Source: an uncultured virus (IMG/VR IMGVR_UViG_3300025879_000014) (Duplodnaviria; Heunggongvirae; Uroviricota; Caudoviricetes). From it: 20,000 nucleotides of DNA. Position 1 is the first letter of the stretch. Every line of letters starts with the position of its first letter. Below, piece after piece: positions 8,971-16,611 of the stretch. The DNA lies in IMG/VR virus record IMGVR_UViG_3300025879_000014. The stretch is one strand, 5' to 3'. The notes beneath the pieces were generated by a model that worked only from the letters and a program-made list of their open reading frames with translations, did not search any database and was not told where the DNA came from. Position numbers and translations under genes: made by a program.

Positions 8971-9809
8971 TAAAACTCTCCAATTTCAATACCGTAAAAT
9001 GAATTGCCGTCATAATAAAACATAAACGTCCTAGTGGTTCCTGCAGCTAGTGGTTCTGGGAGATCGCCGTTTTTCCAAGTAATTACCGGAGCCCAACCAA
9101 TCGTAATTTCAGAATTCTTATCGTTTATAAGGGTCAATAAGAATGGCGTAGTGTCCCCTGGTCTGAGAATCGGAAATGCGTTTAAGGTAAAGGTGGAAGC
9201 ACCATATTCATACCCGAATGTCAAAACCTCGTGTGAAGCCAGCTCATTGTCAATTGTATGCGAGCTCGAGGGATTGTTAAACCTTGCATAAAGAGCAGTA
9301 CCCGTCTTATAGACGTTAACGTCTGGAGTTAAATTGAAATTCTGACTTGGGTTATCGAGTAGAATTTCTATTTCGTTAACACCAGCGTTTACAAAATACT
9401 TACTATTAATTTTATCTTGGTACTGGGAATACCACCTTATTTCCAAATCCCCAGTAGAAGAACTATATGCAGGGGTCATGAGAGGACCATTCAATTCTAT
9501 TATCAATTGCTTTCCGTTAGACATAGTACTATTCTGCGAAAGTCTAACCGACAAGTTTCCGCCTGTTTGAGAAATTAACAGTACCTTGTTGTAATCTTCC
9601 CGAGTACAATTTTGTAGGGTGATACGAGATACTACAATATCTGTACTTGTACCAGTATAGTATATACTTGATATGGTTTTCTGGTTCTGACTGAACAACC
9701 TAGAAGTCATTGTATCTTGCCCGATCGACGCTGGAGTAAACCCATATCCGCCGACTTTATGATATTCGTCTCCAGTTAATACCGTGAACCCGTCAATTTT
9801 AATTGCCAT
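8970..9809 (-). CDS. Short fibre/adaptor protein
   Basis: The C-terminus FLLTLIND...ITIGWAPVITWKNGDLPEPLAAGTTRTFMFYYDGNSFYG resembles a common phage fibre C-terminal beta-domain. The N-terminus is MAIKIDGFTVL and an AGGAG SD is present. Confidence 0.6.
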   Translation of the reverse strand: MAIKIDGFTVLTGDEYHKVGGYGFTPASIGQDTMTSRLFSQNQKTISSIYYTGTSTDIVVSRITLQNCTREDYNKVLLISQTGGNLSVRLSQNSTMSNGKQLIIELNGPLMTPAYSSSTGDLEIRWYSQYQDKINSKYFVNAGVNEIEILLDNPSQNFNLTPDVNVYKTGTALYARFNNPSSSHTIDNELASHEVLTFGYEYGASTFTLNAFPILRPGDTTPFLLTLINDKNSEITIGWAPVITWKNGDLPEPLAAGTTRTFMFYYDGNSFYGIEIGEF

Positions 9810-9846
9810 CTTCGTCTCCTTTGACTATTAGCATTTATTGTAATCT

Positions 9847-9854
9847 TATTTATT
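9847..9854 (-). promoter_or_regulatory. Probable late promoter (AATAAATA) for the 9809-6008 cassette
   Basis: A 7/8 match to TATAAATA overlaps the TAA stop of the upstream chaperone, 37 nt before the next ATG. This spacing is similar to the gp13 promoter. Confidence 0.55.
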
Positions 9855-10353
9855 CTGGCTCTGTTGGCCAATTTACTTCTAACGGAAATCCTTCTTGCTC
9901 GGTAATTTCCCGTAGAGCTTGTCTATAATCTTTCCATTCTTGCGGTATTTCTGATCCAGTTTCAACAGACTTAGTTACGATCCAATCAGTTTTAGAAAGA
10001 AGTTTGTCTCTTTCCGATCGAACATCTCTAGATTTAACATCTAAAACCCTTTGATCCCTTTCTGCTTTAGTCTGAAGGTCTGTATCTGTTAACAGAGTCA
10101 TCTTCCTACTTATATAGAATACATTTTCTTCTTCATCATCTTCTTTTACTTTAGAAGAAACAACTTTAAACACTTCTGGGTCAAAATCTTCTTGATCAAA
10201 TTCTAATCTTTCCTGAACTGGATATAAACCAACATTTGGAAAACCTTCTTCTGGAAGTGTTTTAACTTCTTTATTAAAAACTATAAAAGGGAAATCCTTT
10301 CTTAATGAAGGGATATTATAATATAGCTTATCTTTATTTTTACTGTATAACAT
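9850..10353 (-). CDS. Tail fibre assembly chaperone-like protein (copy 2)
   Basis: The C-terminus VRSERDKLLSKTDWIV...EWKDYRQALREITEQEGFPLEVNWPTEPE is a clear paralog of 6008-6436. Confidence 0.85.
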   Translation of the reverse strand: MLYSKNKDKLYYNIPSLRKDFPFIVFNKEVKTLPEEGFPNVGLYPVQERLEFDQEDFDPEVFKVVSSKVKEDDEEENVFYISRKMTLLTDTDLQTKAERDQRVLDVKSRDVRSERDKLLSKTDWIVTKSVETGSEIPQEWKDYRQALREITEQEGFPLEVNWPTEPE

Positions 10354-10362
10354 TATTTAACC

Positions 10363-11073
10363 TTATATAAATTCTATAGAATTATCGCCTAGACCGCCAT
10401 ATGACCAAGAAGTGACGTTTACTGGACCACTTGATGTGAATATATCGTACTGGCTAACTGACCAATTAGAAGGGTTGTTGTAAAACGGGTCAAACTCCAC
10501 GATTACGTTAGAACCACTATAGTTACCATTAAGCCTAATGGTAAGTGGTGAGCCTGCAGCTATTACTGCGTCGACGAATGCTTGGTTGTTTGCCTGAGAA
10601 CCAAAATGCCACGCCATTCCCGTGGCTCCGTTCATGTACGAGTTCTGCCAATAGAACCAGTCGGTCATAGCAGGTCCAGTGTAGCCAGAACTACCGCCAC
10701 CGCCACCGCCCGAACCGTATGTACCTAGTTGTACATATTCTGGAGACCCTTCCCATGGTCCAATATTGGTTATATCGGAGGAGTAATTTGAAACAGGTAT
10801 TCTATATACGTAAGGACCGTAAGGGTAATCTATAAATCCAGGACTTCCTGTAAACTGGTATAAATTTCCCGAATTATCATTTAGTACCAAGTCACCAGAA
10901 CTACTTCCATACTCCGAATCAAAATTATACATGTCAGCAGAATTAACAAACTCTATAAAAATATCATATGTACTTATGCTAAGATAGCTAAGATTATCAT
11001 ACTTTGTACCAAGAGTTCCTCCACCGCCTGTAGTTCCTGCTGGATAATTTGAAGCAACTGCGCCTAATATCAT
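10363..11073 (-). CDS. Hypothetical Gly/Ser/Tyr/Trp-rich protein, putative fibre-tip adhesin
   Basis: 236-aa ORF with an AGGAG SD. It has a short hydrophobic N-terminus followed by GGGG, and a central SGGGGGGSSG linker. It sits between a fibre-like gene and a chaperone. The function is inferred from context. Confidence 0.5.
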   Translation of the reverse strand: MILGAVASNYPAGTTGGGGTLGTKYDNLSYLSISTYDIFIEFVNSADMYNFDSEYGSSSGDLVLNDNSGNLYQFTGSPGFIDYPYGPYVYRIPVSNYSSDITNIGPWEGSPEYVQLGTYGSGGGGGGSSGYTGPAMTDWFYWQNSYMNGATGMAWHFGSQANNQAFVDAVIAAGSPLTIRLNGNYSGSNVIVEFDPFYNNPSNWSVSQYDIFTSSGPVNVTSWSYGGLGDNSIEFI

Positions 11074-11082
11074 AAATTACTC

Positions 11083-11976
11083 CTAAACGTCAAATATACC
11101 AATCATAGATACAAAGTTATTATCGTAAGATATACCCGCAAGGTTTTGACCCATTGTGAATACGGCATATGCGCCAACTTGGTTAGTTCCAGGGAGTTCA
11201 ATATTAGTATCTACTGCTGCTGACATAGTCATATAGTTACTCCAGGCAACCGAAGAAACATTTCGAAGGTAGACATAGGAAACTCTTATTTCGTCGGTGC
11301 CAAGGTTTACATTATTATCATTATACGAATAGCAATATAAAGTTATAGAACCGCCGTTACCGTCTATCCAGTAAGCATTATAACTAGGATTTAAAGCATA
11401 CTGAGATCCTGGGTATGACCAAGAACTAGAGCCAGAAGTCCCGTTACTATTACCCATGACTGTAGAATCGCCACCACCACCACCAAACGCCCCATCGGGT
11501 ACATTTAAAGTAAAATTAGAACTTCCGCTGACCGAAGTGCTTGCGACAAAATTGTTGTTGTAGTTTAAGGTTAATGTTCTAGAAGTAGCCCACCTTGTAG
11601 CGGTGGCAGCATTCCCCGTCAAACTCCCAATAAAGGAAGTCGCAGAAACGTTTCCGTCTATCTGTAGCTTATTACCGTCATCGGTATCTTTTCCTACTAG
11701 AACGTTGCCTGAAAATTCCGCAAGACGAACTTCACCAGTGTCATCTACTTCTATAGAAGGGATACCAGAGATATCGTTTACTGAAAATATAGTACCTTCT
11801 AAACTATCGTTTATAGAAAACAGCTGACCAGCAGAACCACTGAACGATAAAGTCCCGTCATCTAGAACGGTGATTGTAATTGGGTTATTATCACCGCCAG
11901 TGAATTCAATTTTAGGATCAGCTGTAGAAGATCCTCTATTTGGCGTTATTAATATATTCTTATCTGAATCTGCCAT
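11083..11976 (-). CDS. Short tail-fibre-like protein
   Basis: Contains the fibre repeat LTGNAATATRWATSRTLTL and NVLVGKDTDDGNKLQIDGNVSATSF. The N-terminus MADSDKNILITPN...GQLFSINDSLEGTIFSVNDISGIPSIEV is of a type seen in phage fibres. Confidence 0.7.
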   Translation of the reverse strand: MADSDKNILITPNRGSSTADPKIEFTGGDNNPITITVLDDGTLSFSGSAGQLFSINDSLEGTIFSVNDISGIPSIEVDDTGEVRLAEFSGNVLVGKDTDDGNKLQIDGNVSATSFIGSLTGNAATATRWATSRTLTLNYNNNFVASTSVSGSSNFTLNVPDGAFGGGGGDSTVMGNSNGTSGSSSWSYPGSQYALNPSYNAYWIDGNGGSITLYCYSYNDNNVNLGTDEIRVSYVYLRNVSSVAWSNYMTMSAAVDTNIELPGTNQVGAYAVFTMGQNLAGISYDNNFVSMIGIFDV

Positions 11977-12004
11977 TTTTATACTCGTATTAGTTATATG
12001 TTAC

Positions 12005-12012
12005 TATTTATA
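12005..12012 (-). promoter_or_regulatory. T4-type late promoter for the 11976-9850 cassette
   Basis: An exact TATAAATA, followed by GT as at the gp13 promoter, lies 28 nt upstream of the ATG at 11976. It overlaps the stop codon of the 60-aa ORF. Confidence 0.8.
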
Positions 12013-12190
12013 CCACAGAATTGAAATGCTGGTATTCTGACGCAGTAATTTCTACCATGACGGGTTCCCCATCTGGGGATTTTTCGTTATTATCAATTAG
12101 AAAGTAGAAAGTCAACCCCGAAGGGTCTTGTACTATCTCTGTTTCCATGCCGTCCAAAAGTTCAATATGCGTTGTTTGCCCTTCAGCCAT
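12008..12190 (-). CDS. Small acidic hypothetical protein (60 aa)
   Basis: ATG with a GAGGA SD about 10 nt upstream. The ORF fills the gap up to the next promoter on the coding strand. Confidence 0.6.
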   Translation of the reverse strand: MAEGQTTHIELLDGMETEIVQDPSGLTFYFLIDNNEKSPDGEPVMVEITASEYQHFNSVV

Positions 12191-13119
12191 TTTATTTTCT
12201 TCCTCTTAAAGAATGTGGTTTTTACAGCTTTGTAGTTACTACTATCAGCTGGCTTTGTCGGTTTTGCTTGTACCAACATTATATTATCTAGTAAAAACTT
12301 TGGTCTAGGTCTGCCTGAATCCGATCTATTGTTATAGTTTGCTAAGTTTAAAAATTTAATATACTTTGTTCCATACCTAAACGGTGTACCAGAGTTTCTA
12401 TTTTCGCCAGTAAAAGCACCAGTCGTATAGGTAGTCCAAGTCTCAGGAAGATTCGGAGCACCGTGACAATAGTTATAAGTTCCTCCAGCTACTCCTCTTG
12501 ATATAGGAGTTCCTGCTGGCGTAGGATACCCGTAATCTGGCATAGTCCCTTCTAAAGTCATTGCCCAATCGCCTTGTGCTGTTTGAACTAAAGAACTGTA
12601 CCTTTTACCATTAAATCTGGTATATCTGTGAGGCTCTCCGTAGTCTGGATGTGTAGCAGGGAAGAATAACACTTGTCTAAAATAGTAAGTGTAATTGGTG
12701 ACGTCGGAACCCGTGTACCAACCTGAATTAGACTGAAGGTATATTACAGAGTCTCCTGGATTAGCGTCTCTAGATAAATACGTGTTTCCTACATCCCCGC
12801 AATTACGAAGGTCAATAAAGTTTTTGTTTTTGTCATAACAAGCAAACCCCATATGCCCACCAGCTAATCTATTGCTAGTTCCTGACCTCTGGAGGGTTCT
12901 TGCTGTGACTGAATGATAGTAATATTTCGAAGTATCTACTGGCACAAAATCATTTGATTGCCAACCTGCTGTTGTGTCGAAATCGATGGCAAAACAACCA
13001 TCACCGGAGAAAGCATCCCCAGTATACCAATTTGTAAATGTAAAGTTTTCATCTGTACCAAACTCCCCAGAACCGTTTCTATATAAACCGATTCCAGGTT
13101 TACCAGTATGTGCTGCCAT
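12133..13119 (-). CDS. Putative carbohydrate-binding (jelly-roll/CBM-like) virion protein
   Basis: NGSGEFG..NF, FVPVDTSKYY, MGFACYDKNKNFI, WTTYT and FRYGTKYIKFLNLANY form a pattern resembling CBM-like domains of phage tail proteins. An AAGGA SD is present. Confidence 0.55.
   Translation of the reverse strand: MAAHTGKPGIGLYRNGSGEFGTDENFTFTNWYTGDAFSGDGCFAIDFDTTAGWQSNDFVPVDTSKYYYHSVTARTLQRSGTSNRLAGGHMGFACYDKNKNFIDLRNCGDVGNTYLSRDANPGDSVIYLQSNSGWYTGSDVTNYTYYFRQVLFFPATHPDYGEPHRYTRFNGKRYSSLVQTAQGDWAMTLEGTMPDYGYPTPAGTPISRGVAGGTYNYCHGAPNLPETWTTYTTGAFTGENRNSGTPFRYGTKYIKFLNLANYNNRSDSGRPRPKFLLDNIMLVQAKPTKPADSSNYKAVKTTFFKRKKIKWLKGKQRILNFWTAWKQR
12186..12199. repeat. 14-bp direct repeat, copy 1 (GAAAATAAAATGGC on the minus strand)
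   Basis: gccattttattttc is identical at 12186-12199 and 13115-13128. Each copy spans a start codon. Confidence 0.6.
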
Positions 13120-13128
13120 TTTATTTTC
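13115..13128. repeat. 14-bp direct repeat, copy 2
   Basis: Identical to 12186-12199. Confidence 0.6.
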
Positions 13129-13129
13129 C

Positions 13130-15049
13130 TTATCTTACCCAGTACCAAATTACACCAGGAGATTGTGTAGAGCTAGTTCCGCTGACACCAGTAGCCATCC
13201 AAGGAGCAGGGCTGAAACTAGAGCCTGCTTCGATGATAGTTCCCCACCAAGAGGAATTAGAAGCAACAGAAGTTGTTAATTTACCATCAGAAGTAGCGCT
13301 TGCCGCAACCCATGGCATCCTAGCTTCAATACCGTCATTATTATAACTCCAAGAATCAAATTGTGTTTTTAAAGTTATATTAGTCGCTGAGTTTGAAGTC
13401 TGTAAGAACGAATACGAAGGATCGTTCGCCGACCATATACCGCCCCAACGTCCGCGATCTACGGCATCAAGCATATATTCGAATGTATCGTTTTCATTCT
13501 TAAGGTAATTTGCCCACTGCATAATAGAGTACGACTTATCTACAGTAGCCCTAGAAGAAGCATCAGGAGGACTCGTTGCGTTAGTTGAACTCCAGTTAGT
13601 GTGATTCATCTTAGTTGCGCCATTAATAGAAGCATTCTGTACTAGCAACGTCCAACCACCACCATCTGTTTCCATATCGCAATATACTTGAAGCGGATTG
13701 CCGTTGTTAATAGAAGCATGTTGTATCCAGTATTTACCAGAAGGGAGCTCGGGTCTAACTTGTTTAAGATGTCTCCCTGATTTTGCTGGAGCATATGGAG
13801 TTTCTCCTATAAACCTGTTGACCGTGGCATGAAAGTTTTGTTTTACTTCCTGAGTTGAAAGTGCTTTGTCGTATACTAGGACGTTGGCTAAATCTACGTA
13901 ACTCATACCGCTGTTCCAGGCACCCCGACTATTAATAACAAAGTTGTTAGAAGTTGTAGTCGGCATTGTGTAGCTTTGAGAAAGGGCACCGTCGCTATTT
14001 CGATACCAAGTTATCTGCTCGCCGTCTATATATCCGCGGACTGCTCTAGTACCGTCCATAGTTATTACGCAATGATGCCAATTCCCGTCAGACGACCATT
14101 TATTAGTAAGGCTACCCACGCTGAGGTCATAAGCGGATCCGTATCCCCAAAACCCTAAATCTTGAGTCGGTCCTACTCCATACATCATACCAAACATAGA
14201 CCCTGCCGTACTTCCTGAGTTTACAAACCCTATCTCCCAGTTATCTGTGTCAGATAAAGGTCTATCAGACTTAATCCAAAATGAAAGAGTTTTTTGAAGA
14301 GGTAAATTTAAAGCAGGAGAAACTGAAACGCTATGCGATTGTGAAGTAAATCTCCAACTAGCATTAGGTACATTTAGCGGAAGTCCTAAGTTCATAGTTG
14401 CTGAAGCCGAACTGACGTTCTCTCTAACATACTCCCAAGTGTGCGGTTTGTTTACTTTTCCTACGACAATATACTCAGGTCTAGCCGTACCTAAATGGCT
14501 ATCAGGAACACCAATTGATTGTAACCTAGCGAAAGTGTTAGCGTCATTGTCATTATTTTCCGCCGCATGACTTCCTATAACAATGTGAGTAGCATTTGGG
14601 TAGTTCGCGTTAATTGCGTCGAAATCTGCTTGAAAGGTAGCATGTTGAACTGGTTGCCCATCATAAGTATCGTAACAATGCCCACCAGTGCGCTCACCGT
14701 TAAACCAAGAGTCAGGGAGCCAACCTATCTTATCGTCGTAAACATAATAGTTTAAATCCCTACTAGCGTCATAAAGTTTACCAGCAGACGTGTTACTTAT
14801 GCCTGGAGTAATACCTTGTCTTCCGCCATAGTTTCCTTCTGGGTAAGTTAAGCCGTAAAGCGTGTAATACTCTTTACCACCGACGTACATACCATCAGTA
14901 AAAGAAATGTTTTTTCCAAAAAAGCCAGAAGTTGTTATACTTTTTCCAGTATATGCGGTACCTGTTAGGTTATTGGGGTCAACTCTAGCAGGGTCTATAG
15001 ACAATACAAGACCGTCAGTTACAATTTTAGATCCATGTCCTAAACTCAT
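13130..15049 (-). CDS. Multi-domain lectin-like virion protein: LamG/ConA + ILEI-like + fibrinogen-like
   Basis: LamG: IVTDGLVLSIDPA, TLSFWIK, WHHCVITMDG..RGYIDG and VLVYDKALSTQEVKQNF. Fibrinogen-like: PSGKYWI...QVYCDMETDGGGWTLLV. ILEI-like: RDLNYYVYD...YDTY...IVIGS...LQSIG...RPEYIVVGK. ATGA overlap with the upstream gene. Confidence 0.8.
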   Translation of the reverse strand: MSLGHGSKIVTDGLVLSIDPARVDPNNLTGTAYTGKSITTSGFFGKNISFTDGMYVGGKEYYTLYGLTYPEGNYGGRQGITPGISNTSAGKLYDASRDLNYYVYDDKIGWLPDSWFNGERTGGHCYDTYDGQPVQHATFQADFDAINANYPNATHIVIGSHAAENNDNDANTFARLQSIGVPDSHLGTARPEYIVVGKVNKPHTWEYVRENVSSASATMNLGLPLNVPNASWRFTSQSHSVSVSPALNLPLQKTLSFWIKSDRPLSDTDNWEIGFVNSGSTAGSMFGMMYGVGPTQDLGFWGYGSAYDLSVGSLTNKWSSDGNWHHCVITMDGTRAVRGYIDGEQITWYRNSDGALSQSYTMPTTTSNNFVINSRGAWNSGMSYVDLANVLVYDKALSTQEVKQNFHATVNRFIGETPYAPAKSGRHLKQVRPELPSGKYWIQHASINNGNPLQVYCDMETDGGGWTLLVQNASINGATKMNHTNWSSTNATSPPDASSRATVDKSYSIMQWANYLKNENDTFEYMLDAVDRGRWGGIWSANDPSYSFLQTSNSATNITLKTQFDSWSYNNDGIEARMPWVAASATSDGKLTTSVASNSSWWGTIIEAGSSFSPAPWMATGVSGTSSTQSPGVIWYWVR

Positions 15050-16611
15050 ATTCCATACCTCCCTCTATAAGAATCAAATAACTTACTAACTTCTACTTCA
15101 GAAAGTGTTCTATCCCACATTTGAACTATACCCATTTTACCATTCCAATTACCACCCCTTGAATTAGTAGCTCCAATATAGATCGGGTTTGTATTAGAAT
15201 CCCCTGATATAGAACTAGCGATGCCTGTAGCAGTGTGCCCAAGTTTCCCGTTAAGGTAAGTCTTAACTGTACCGGACGAACCGTCATAAACCACTGTCCA
15301 GTTCTGCCAAACGTTATAGGCATACCTTACATCCGAAGCCATACCAGTGTAATTGACAGCAGAACCGCCAATACCCCAACGAGGTCCGTCTAAACTGTAC
15401 CCAGTACCAAAAACAAATCCATTAGTTCCTACCCAAGATCCAGTGGTTTCCCAACCTATATTCGGGTGATCCTGATTACCAGCGTCTACAAAGTAACTCC
15501 ACCAGTTCCAAGTAGCCGAAGATCCTTTTGGTACGTCGTGAAAATCGGGAGAAGATCTAAGGTATGCGACTCTAGTTCCAGCTCCGTCGAAATTGAAATG
15601 CCCGTCAGAATCTATACTGACTCTGCTTCCGTTGGCTGCGAAATAACCTTGTGAAGCAATATTTAATGTAGATAGTACTGAAGGTATAGTTATAACATCT
15701 TGTACATACCCATTAGCACTAGTATAAGAACTGCATGTAATTTTTATATTTCCGCTCAAATCTTCAGAAGAAACGAATGCGTATGGGGTAGTTATTGTAT
15801 ACCCACTCCCTATAGTTGCTACTATTGTAGCGTCCGTATCGTATAAACTTTTGGCAGAAAATACTTTAAAATTATCAGAGATGTCATCATAGAAAATATA
15901 AATGTAATTTTTATCAGCAACCTTAATGATAGAATTACATGTACTGTTCCTATATATACCTAGTCCTGGGTATTTTGCCTCCATGGCATCTAAGAAATTA
16001 TAGCTTGAAGTTTCCTCAGTTCCGATCCTTTCAGTGGCTGTAGATAAATCATAGGGAGTAGATAGTTCGAATTCTGCTATAACCCCATAAGAGTTAGGTG
16101 CTTTCAGTCCTATAAAGGTAGTTCCACCTTGAGAAAACCCTCTCCATTCAATGCCGTAAAACGGAGTATCCGACCCTGCTGGCTCGTCCGTCCAGTCCCA
16201 ATCAGACGAAGATAAGTTTAAAGAAAATAAGTCGTAAGCGGTGCCCCATCTAAACTGAAATAACTCGCCGAATGCGTTGGTTAAAGTTATAAAATCGTCA
16301 GACACCGAAACTATGTTATCATAGCCATTGGCTGATATATTCTGCGAAAGTGAAGCCGTAGAAACACTATAGGCAGTTGATAGGTTATATCTTCGCAGCG
16401 TTCCAGTTCCCGATAAGCTTAGGACAAACAACTTAGTGCCGTCCGGACTCAGGGCAGCCGAACGTGGTAGTCCACTTGGATTATTATTACCGCTACTGGT
16501 CTTGCTGGCAGACTGCGCAGCAGGTCCGACATCATTGCCGAACCTCCTAGCAGGATCTACCCAAACTTTCAACCCATCCTTCGGGATCTTGGTAGAATAG
16601 TTAATAGCCAT
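15046..16611 (-). CDS. LamG/ConA-like lectin protein with an inserted beta-propeller
   Basis: LamG: N-terminal IPKDGLKVWVDPA and C-terminal FNFDG...WQNWTVVYDG..VKTYLNG...IYIG...WNGKMGIVQMWDRTLSEVEVSKLFDSYRGRYGI. Propeller repeats: LSPDGTKLFV, YNLSTAYSVSTA and FELSTPYDLSTA. Confidence 0.8.
   Translation of the reverse strand: MAINYSTKIPKDGLKVWVDPARRFGNDVGPAAQSASKTSSGNNNPSGLPRSAALSPDGTKLFVLSLSGTGTLRRYNLSTAYSVSTASLSQNISANGYDNIVSVSDDFITLTNAFGELFQFRWGTAYDLFSLNLSSSDWDWTDEPAGSDTPFYGIEWRGFSQGGTTFIGLKAPNSYGVIAEFELSTPYDLSTATERIGTEETSSYNFLDAMEAKYPGLGIYRNSTCNSIIKVADKNYIYIFYDDISDNFKVFSAKSLYDTDATIVATIGSGYTITTPYAFVSSEDLSGNIKITCSSYTSANGYVQDVITIPSVLSTLNIASQGYFAANGSRVSIDSDGHFNFDGAGTRVAYLRSSPDFHDVPKGSSATWNWWSYFVDAGNQDHPNIGWETTGSWVGTNGFVFGTGYSLDGPRWGIGGSAVNYTGMASDVRYAYNVWQNWTVVYDGSSGTVKTYLNGKLGHTATGIASSISGDSNTNPIYIGATNSRGGNWNGKMGIVQMWDRTLSEVEVSKLFDSYRGRYGI

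Noticed and set aside
9850..10353. Low GC in chaperone copy 2 (13/60 at 10261-10320 versus 31/60 at 7261-7320) as a horizontal transfer signal
   Set aside because: These are only spot counts, and they are largely explained by Lys/Glu/Phe/Asn-rich versus Gly/Ala-rich protein composition.
11991..12006. Hairpin at the 12005 promoter analogous to the gp13 one
   Set aside because: It has only about 4 contiguous AT-rich pairs and does not cover the SD.
2122..15323. Short alternative-frame minus-strand ORFs (2122-2346, 7563-7847, 8592-8939, 12936-13148, 15126-15323)
   Set aside because: They are nested out of frame in longer motif-bearing genes. Their hydrophobic bias is typical of frameshifted readings.
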